Positions 32,995 through 38,281 of a stretch of 38,281 bases of DNA are shown here, in pieces (within the stretch, counting starts at the first letter, position 1; every line of letters begins with the position of its first letter). A program made the translations under genes and the position numbers. Origin of the DNA: a virus (taxonomy: Duplodnaviria; Caudoviricetes); the IMG/VR virus record IMGVR_UViG_3300006103_000037, positions 1 through 38,281 of that record. The stretch is one strand, 5' to 3'. The notes below the pieces were generated by a model that ran no database searches, had not been told where the DNA came from, and saw nothing but the letters and a program-made list of their open reading frames with translations.

Positions 32995-33170
32995 ACCCAA
33001 ATGATATTCAACTAAGAGCAATGACTCTAGACTTAGCAATCAAGGCACACACTGATGGGGCTATTGATTGGAGTGAACCTGATGCTGGCGATACAGATGC
33101 ATTAGTACATACAGCACAAAAGTTTTACGATTATCTAACTGGATCAACAACTGTAGAGGTGGTAGCATGA
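32991..33170 (+). CDS. 59-aa hypothetical protein (not in the ORF track)
   Basis: AAGGAG RBS; LRAMTLDLAIK...AQKFYDYL. Confidence 0.65.
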   Translation: MNPNDIQLRAMTLDLAIKAHTDGAIDWSEPDAGDTDALVHTAQKFYDYLTGSTTVEVVA

Positions 33171-34060
33171 GCGAAATTACTTTATTTAACCAAGACTTAC
33201 CTGACTATTTAAAAGACGTAGAATTAGATGCAGTAACTAAAGCCCTAGTCGGTAATGGTGGTAGCAAGCGTATTTCTTTGCGTGGTGGCAAGTTCCGTAT
33301 GGTTGTAAATGGCGAGGAAATCCTTACTAGCAATAGCGATACTTTGAATGTAGTTATCGTTAACGCTGCTAAGGATGTATCTCGTACTTTTTATGAAGGC
33401 GTATATAACCCTAAAGAAAAAGCTGGACCTCCTGATTGTTGGTCCGCGGACGGCGTAACCCCTGATGCTTCTATAGCAGAACCACAACATCATAATTGCG
33501 GTGAGTGCCCACAAAATATTAAAGGGTCTGGTGCAGGTGGTGGTCGTGCGTGCCGTCACTTCCGTAGGATTGCAGTAGCATTAGCCGACGATATCGGTGG
33601 AGACATCTACCAGCTCACTTTAGCTTCAAAGTCTATTTTTGGTAAGGGAGATTTAAACCATATGCCATTTGAGCAATACGCTAAGTATGTAGGTTCACAA
33701 GGCTATAACTTAAATACTTTATCTACTGAGATGCGCTTTGATGAAGATAGCGATACTGCTAAGTTGTATTTTAAACCCTTGAAGTTCTTATCCAAAGAAC
33801 AATGGGAAGTTGCTAAGAAGCAAGGCACAACACCAGCAGCTATTAAAGCCGTTGAGATGAGCGTACCTAAAAACCCAACAGGCGAGAATGCTCCGAAGTT
33901 AGTTGCACCTGCGTATATCCATAGGGACGTACCAAAGTTTGAACAAGAAGAGCCTGAAGTAGCAGAACCTAAGAAACGTGCTGAGAAAAAAGCTGTGGAA
34001 CCTACGCCTAAGAAAGACCTAAAAGCTATCATGGGTGACTGGAGCAAAGAATCAACATGA
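33167..34060 (+). CDS. Putative ssDNA-binding protein with a four-Cys site
   Basis: RISLRGGKF, CWS.DG, CGECPQN, AC; flexible charged tail; located in the replication module. Confidence 0.65.
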   Translation: MSEITLFNQDLPDYLKDVELDAVTKALVGNGGSKRISLRGGKFRMVVNGEEILTSNSDTLNVVIVNAAKDVSRTFYEGVYNPKEKAGPPDCWSADGVTPDASIAEPQHHNCGECPQNIKGSGAGGGRACRHFRRIAVALADDIGGDIYQLTLASKSIFGKGDLNHMPFEQYAKYVGSQGYNLNTLSTEMRFDEDSDTAKLYFKPLKFLSKEQWEVAKKQGTTPAAIKAVEMSVPKNPTGENAPKLVAPAYIHRDVPKFEQEEPEVAEPKKRAEKKAVEPTPKKDLKAIMGDWSKEST

Positions 34061-34284
34061 GTCTAAGAGGCTATAGCTACCTCCTTGTAAAAGCCAATAA
34101 AGCTGCTGACACTAAAAGTATTGGAGTCAAGCTGGGTAGGTATTGCATTGCTAATGACATTGAAGTTGCACGAGTTGCTGCAGTATTAGGCGTAAGTCGT
34201 ATGACGGTGTATCAATGGTTTACTGGCAAGGCAACCCCTCACAAGGATAAAGTAGACAGAATACAAGAGCTATTAAGTAAATAG
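34057..34284 (+). CDS. Cro-like HTH protein
   Basis: VAAVLGVSRMTVYQWFTG. Confidence 0.85.
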   Translation: MSLRGYSYLLVKANKAADTKSIGVKLGRYCIANDIEVARVAAVLGVSRMTVYQWFTGKATPHKDKVDRIQELLSK

Positions 34285-34293
34285 TTTACCCCC

Positions 34294-34347
34294 AGGGCAG
34301 CTAGTTTGACGGAGCGAAAAGGGAGACGCCGAATCCCCTGCTGCCCT
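34294..34347 (+). ncRNA. Structured leader upstream of the primase-helicase
   Basis: AGGGCAGC/GCTGCCCT closing stem enclosing two small hairpins. Confidence 0.45.
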
Positions 34348-34372
34348 TCCTTTCTTCGGATTTTGAGGTGAT

Positions 34373-37222
34373 ATGGCAACGAAAGATTTATTGACAGCAG
34401 TACTATCCCCACAAGGGTGGTATTGCATTGTCGGTCTAAAACAAGAAGGGCATCCACGGCAAGTATTTGCAGAGACTTTAGTAGAAGCTGAAGATGAAAT
34501 TGCAAACTTGTTGGCTCAAAATTACGATGTGTATTTTGCATGTGCAAAGTATGAGAACGATACCGACGGGCGTACACAAAAGAATAGTACGTACTTTAAA
34601 TCCTTTTGGTTAGATGTAGATTGTGGTATTGATAAAGATTTAACTGGTAAAGGTTATGTCGACCAAGAAACAGGCATAGCTGAGTTAAAGATATTTTGTG
34701 ATAAGACTGGCCTGCCATTACCGACTATAGTTAATTCTGGTCGTGGCGTTCATGCATACTGGAGACTTGCAGAAACTATTACTCGTACTGAGTGGAAGCC
34801 TGTAGCTGACCGTATAAAAGCATTGTGTGAAGAGCATGGATTTAGGGCTGACCCATCACGTACTGCGGAGAGTGCATCTATTCTTCGTGTACCTGAGACT
34901 CTTAACTTTAAACAAGAACCGCCGTTACCTGTTGAGATTTTAGCTATTGCACCTGAGACAGACTATGAAGATATTAAAGGAATCATAGGAGTATTAATCG
35001 CTCCAGACTATATCCCACGTCAAGCAAGTGCAATGTCACAAGCTATGTTTAACAATCGTCAAAGTCGTTTTAAAACGATTATGATTAAGACTACCGAAGG
35101 TAAAGGTTGTGCTCAACTAGAGCATATTGCTATTAACCAAGAATCTATTGAGGAACCATTATGGAGAGCAGGACTATCTATTGCTCAAGCGTGCATTGAT
35201 GCGGACGAAGCGATTCATATCATTTCGAGTAACCACCCTGAGTACGATGCGCATCAGACTGAAAGGAAGGCAGCCTCAACTAAAGGACCATATACCTGTA
35301 CGACATTTGAGAAGCTCAATCCCGAGGGGTGTAAGGAATGCCCGCACAAGGGTTCGCTATCGTCTCCGATACAGCTCGGCTCTGAAATTGCGGCCGCTCC
35401 CAAGGATGCTCCTATCGTCGTGGAAACAGATGAAGGTGAAAGACAAACTTTTAAGATTCCAGAATATCCCTTCCCATACTTTAGGGGAAAAAGCGGCGGA
35501 GTCTATAAACGAGCAATAGACGAAGATGATGAAGACAGCGATGGCCCTACTGTAGTCTACGAACATGACCTATATGTAGTTAAGCGTTTGTTTGACCCTA
35601 ACAAGGGCGAGACTGTATGGATTAGATTGCACTTACCTATGGATGGTATGCGTGAATTTGCAATGCCTCAAACAGATGCACTAACTTATGAGAGGTTACG
35701 TGAGAAATTAGCTTGGTATGGTGTAGCTGCCCCCAAGAAACAAATGGATAACATAATGCATTACATCATTATGTCAATTAAGGAAATGCAATTTAAAGAT
35801 AAGGTAGAAATGATGCGAACACAATTTGGTTGGGCAGACAACGATAGTACATTTATTCTTGGTGACCAAGAGATTAGCGCAACAGGCTCGAGATATAGTC
35901 CTCCTTCTAGTGCTACTGGTAGCTTAGCGAACCATATGAAACCTACTGGTGATTTAGAAGTATGGCAGTCCATAGCTAATACTTATAATGCTCCTAGCTT
36001 TGAACCGCATGCGTTTGGATTTTTTACCGCTTTCGGGGCACCCCTGCTTAAACACCTTAACTTAAAAGGTGCAATTATTAACCTCGTCAATAACACGTCG
36101 GGCACAGGTAAATCTACAGTACTTAAAATGTGCAATAGCGTATATGGTCATCCTGAGGAACTAATGCTTCAGTGGAAAGATACTATGAACTCTATGGTTC
36201 ATCGCTTGGGTATTATGAATAACTTGCCTGTAACTATTGACGAGATTACTAAGTTATCGGGAGACAATTTCTCGGACTTAGCGTACAGCATATCTCAAGG
36301 CCGTGGTAAGAACCGCATGATGCAGCATGATAATGCCGAGCGAATTAATGCTACTAAGTGGGCGACTATTGCGCTATGTAGTTCCAATGCTTCATTCTAT
36401 GACAAACTTGCTTCTATCAAAGCTACTCCGGATGGTGAGTTCATGCGCCTGCTAGAGTATAGGATTGAAGTAACCGAGGCCTTAACGAAGGAAGAAGCCG
36501 ATGCTATATTCAATGAGCTTTATTCTAACTATGGTCACGCAGGGGATATGTATATTAAGTACCTCGTAGCAAACTTAGAAACAGCGATTGATACAGTTAT
36601 TCAAGTACAAAAGAAGTTAGATGAGGAAGTAAACTTCACAAGCCGTGAGCGTTTCTGGTCGGCGACGGCTGCATGTAATATTGCAGGAGCTTTGCTTGCT
36701 AAGGATCTAGGTATTATCCCTGACTTTGATATTGGCAGAGTGTATCGCTGGTTAGTTAAAGAATTACAAGCCATGCGTGGTGAAGTAAGAACGCCGACTG
36801 CAACCAACCAAGCTAGTGTTATTGGTGAGTTTATGAATGAGCACCGTGCATCTACCCTAGTTATTAATAGTAAGGCCGATGCTAGATCAGGAATGGAGCA
36901 GTTACCCATTGTTGAGCCAAAATTTAATGATCTCTTCGTTCGCATTGAGCCTGATGATAAGCGCCTTTATATCAATGCCAAGCAACTGCGTACTTACTGC
37001 GCTAAGCAACAGATTACTCTTAAGGACATCCTCAAGGGACTAACCGCTGACGGTATCTATCTAGGGCAAGTGAAGAAGCGTTTGTCTAAAGGAACCAAGT
37101 TATCTTCTCCAGCTATTGACGCCTATGTATTTGACCTTAGTGCTGAGAACTTCTTGGATACTGAGACTTATATAACCGCTGCAAAGAACGCACCTGATGT
37201 TGATTCACGGGCTGGACTTTAA
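34373..37222 (+). CDS. Primase-helicase (AEP/RepB'-like primase, Cys cluster, DUF927 region, P-loop helicase)
   Basis: WLDVD, SGRGVHAYW, LRVPETLN; PYTC...C..C; SGTGKST and TIDE. Confidence 0.88.
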   Translation: MATKDLLTAVLSPQGWYCIVGLKQEGHPRQVFAETLVEAEDEIANLLAQNYDVYFACAKYENDTDGRTQKNSTYFKSFWLDVDCGIDKDLTGKGYVDQETGIAELKIFCDKTGLPLPTIVNSGRGVHAYWRLAETITRTEWKPVADRIKALCEEHGFRADPSRTAESASILRVPETLNFKQEPPLPVEILAIAPETDYEDIKGIIGVLIAPDYIPRQASAMSQAMFNNRQSRFKTIMIKTTEGKGCAQLEHIAINQESIEEPLWRAGLSIAQACIDADEAIHIISSNHPEYDAHQTERKAASTKGPYTCTTFEKLNPEGCKECPHKGSLSSPIQLGSEIAAAPKDAPIVVETDEGERQTFKIPEYPFPYFRGKSGGVYKRAIDEDDEDSDGPTVVYEHDLYVVKRLFDPNKGETVWIRLHLPMDGMREFAMPQTDALTYERLREKLAWYGVAAPKKQMDNIMHYIIMSIKEMQFKDKVEMMRTQFGWADNDSTFILGDQEISATGSRYSPPSSATGSLANHMKPTGDLEVWQSIANTYNAPSFEPHAFGFFTAFGAPLLKHLNLKGAIINLVNNTSGTGKSTVLKMCNSVYGHPEELMLQWKDTMNSMVHRLGIMNNLPVTIDEITKLSGDNFSDLAYSISQGRGKNRMMQHDNAERINATKWATIALCSSNASFYDKLASIKATPDGEFMRLLEYRIEVTEALTKEEADAIFNELYSNYGHAGDMYIKYLVANLETAIDTVIQVQKKLDEEVNFTSRERFWSATAACNIAGALLAKDLGIIPDFDIGRVYRWLVKELQAMRGEVRTPTATNQASVIGEFMNEHRASTLVINSKADARSGMEQLPIVEPKFNDLFVRIEPDDKRLYINAKQLRTYCAKQQITLKDILKGLTADGIYLGQVKKRLSKGTKLSSPAIDAYVFDLSAENFLDTETYITAAKNAPDVDSRAGL

Positions 37223-37394
37223 GATAGAGTGGTCTAAGTTTATAGTTGGCGCTTCCTTTTTTATCCCTTGTTTGGATACCAAAGAGGCGCTGACTCAGAT
37301 TAAACGTACCACTAGCAGACTAAGATTCCGCATAAAATCCCGGGCCGTTATCGAAGAAGGGGTTTATGGCTTGCGTGTTTGGAGAATTAAGTAG
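37197..37394 (+). CDS. Small conserved protein (possible DNA-binding)
   Basis: W.KF.VG.SFFIPC...GLRVWR. Confidence 0.75.
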   Translation: MLIHGLDFKIEWSKFIVGASFFIPCLDTKEALTQIKRTTSRLRFRIKSRAVIEEGVYGLRVWRIK

Positions 37395-37401
37395 TATTAT
37401 C

Positions 37402-37476
37402 GGGGGGTAGTCCGTTTGGTTTCGGCTACTCCTTTCGAGTGATATTTGGTCCCGCCGTAAAAAGCGGGACTTTTTT
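37402..37476 (+). ncRNA. Candidate small RNA (about 75 nt) ending in a terminator
   Basis: TTGCGT-18 bp-TATTAT upstream; GGGGTAG..CCG/CGGCTACTCC hairpin; TCCTTTCG motif. Confidence 0.4.
37449..37476 (+). terminator. Intrinsic terminator at the convergence point
   Basis: GTCCCGC-cgtaaaaa-GCGGGAC followed by a T run. Confidence 0.8.
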
Positions 37477-38281
37477 ATTCTTCAGAATACCCAAGCATCG
37501 GTGCTAGCTTGCCAATAGCCTTCTTATTAATGTTTACGCCACCTGTCATATTGGCTAAAGCACGCTGCATGTAACGACGTTTAATTGAAGCCTGTAATCC
37601 TTTTGCGTCAATCATATACTCAGGATTTGCTGTATCAAACTTAATAATCTTTTGCATTACACGCTGTTGCATATCAGAATCACCGCTATCAAATGCCATA
37701 AAGAAAGCGTTTTCTAAGTCAGTCTTGCGTTGAGTAATTTCCATATCTTGGCTCTTCATTTCCATTGCAGCTTTTTGTTTTTGAGCTGTATCTTCTGGAG
37801 AGAAACCAAGCATTTGTTTTAAAGCGTCTCGTGCTGGAACGTTATCGTCTAGTGTGTCGCCCTTCATAGTTAGAGCTTTACCCTCTACTAAATACCTAGT
37901 ACCGACAAAGATATTCTTAATACCGGCGGGTAACATAGCTTCAGCAGCACGTTCATAGTGCCCGTCATTTAGACGTTTAAGCGCCTCGGCGTATCCTAGT
38001 GCAGCACCAGCTACAGGACCCATTAAGTTAGTCATAACATTTTGTAAATATTGCACTTCATCTTGGCTTTTCTTAACGCTTGGGAACCACATATCGCTCA
38101 TGTTAATACTCATACGGTCTGCAAAGTTTGCTCCAGTAGCCTGGGATAATACGCCACGAGATATAGAGTCGCCGACAAACCCACCAAAATGCCTATTACA
38201 CCAATTCTTAAACCAATTATCTGCATCAAATGGCTCGTCAGAATCACCAAAAGCAGCGTGGAAAGCTGATGCAATAGCAGA
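37475..38281 (-). CDS. C-terminal part of a large virion (probable internal/ejection) protein, partial
   Basis: The frame stays open from the right edge. Helical, G/A-rich, last gene of a converging structural operon. Confidence 0.65.
   Translation of the reverse strand, partial: SAIASAFHAAFGDSDEPFDADNWFKNWCNRHFGGFVGDSISRGVLSQATGANFADRMSINMSDMWFPSVKKSQDEVQYLQNVMTNLMGPVAGAALGYAEALKRLNDGHYERAAEAMLPAGIKNIFVGTRYLVEGKALTMKGDTLDDNVPARDALKQMLGFSPEDTAQKQKAAMEMKSQDMEITQRKTDLENAFFMAFDSGDSDMQQRVMQKIIKFDTANPEYMIDAKGLQASIKRRYMQRALANMTGGVNINKKAIGKLAPMLGYSEE

Noticed and set aside
1-38281. tRNA, rRNA, IS elements, integrase
   Set aside because: No cloverleaf with T-loop consensus, transposase or recombinase motifs were seen by eye. 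A tRNAscan/HMM run would be needed to exclude them fully.

Overview
About 38 kb of a tailed dsDNA phage genome, probably podovirus-like and from an uncultured lineage. A PhaR-type operator hints at a PHA-storing proteobacterial host (inference). Minus strand 1-12110 is the packaging/head module: a 38-aa peptide, GNAT, HNH, TerS candidate, TerL, portal, GroES, scaffold, Mu-gpT-like major capsid and further virion proteins. The divergent control region 12110-14330 carries palindromes, IHF-type sites and an iteron-like cluster. Plus strand 14331-23600 is an early region (small genes, MoxR AAA+, VWA/HExxH protein) punctuated by a 30-bp imperfect inverted repeat: 7 copies here plus 2 reversed copies in the control region. 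Plus strand 23695-37394 is the replication module (VRR-NUC, PolA with Leu762, PD-(D/E)XK nuclease, dNTP diphosphohydrolase, HNH, SNF2 helicase, SSB-like, HTH, primase-helicase). It contains a 1.5-kb array of small genes built from four reused sequence modules. The window ends in the 3' part of a converging large virion gene. The most notable features are the modular gene array, the dispersed 30-bp element, the PhaR-box-controlled phasin-like peptide and four structured RNA candidates. All calls come from reading motifs; no searches were run.
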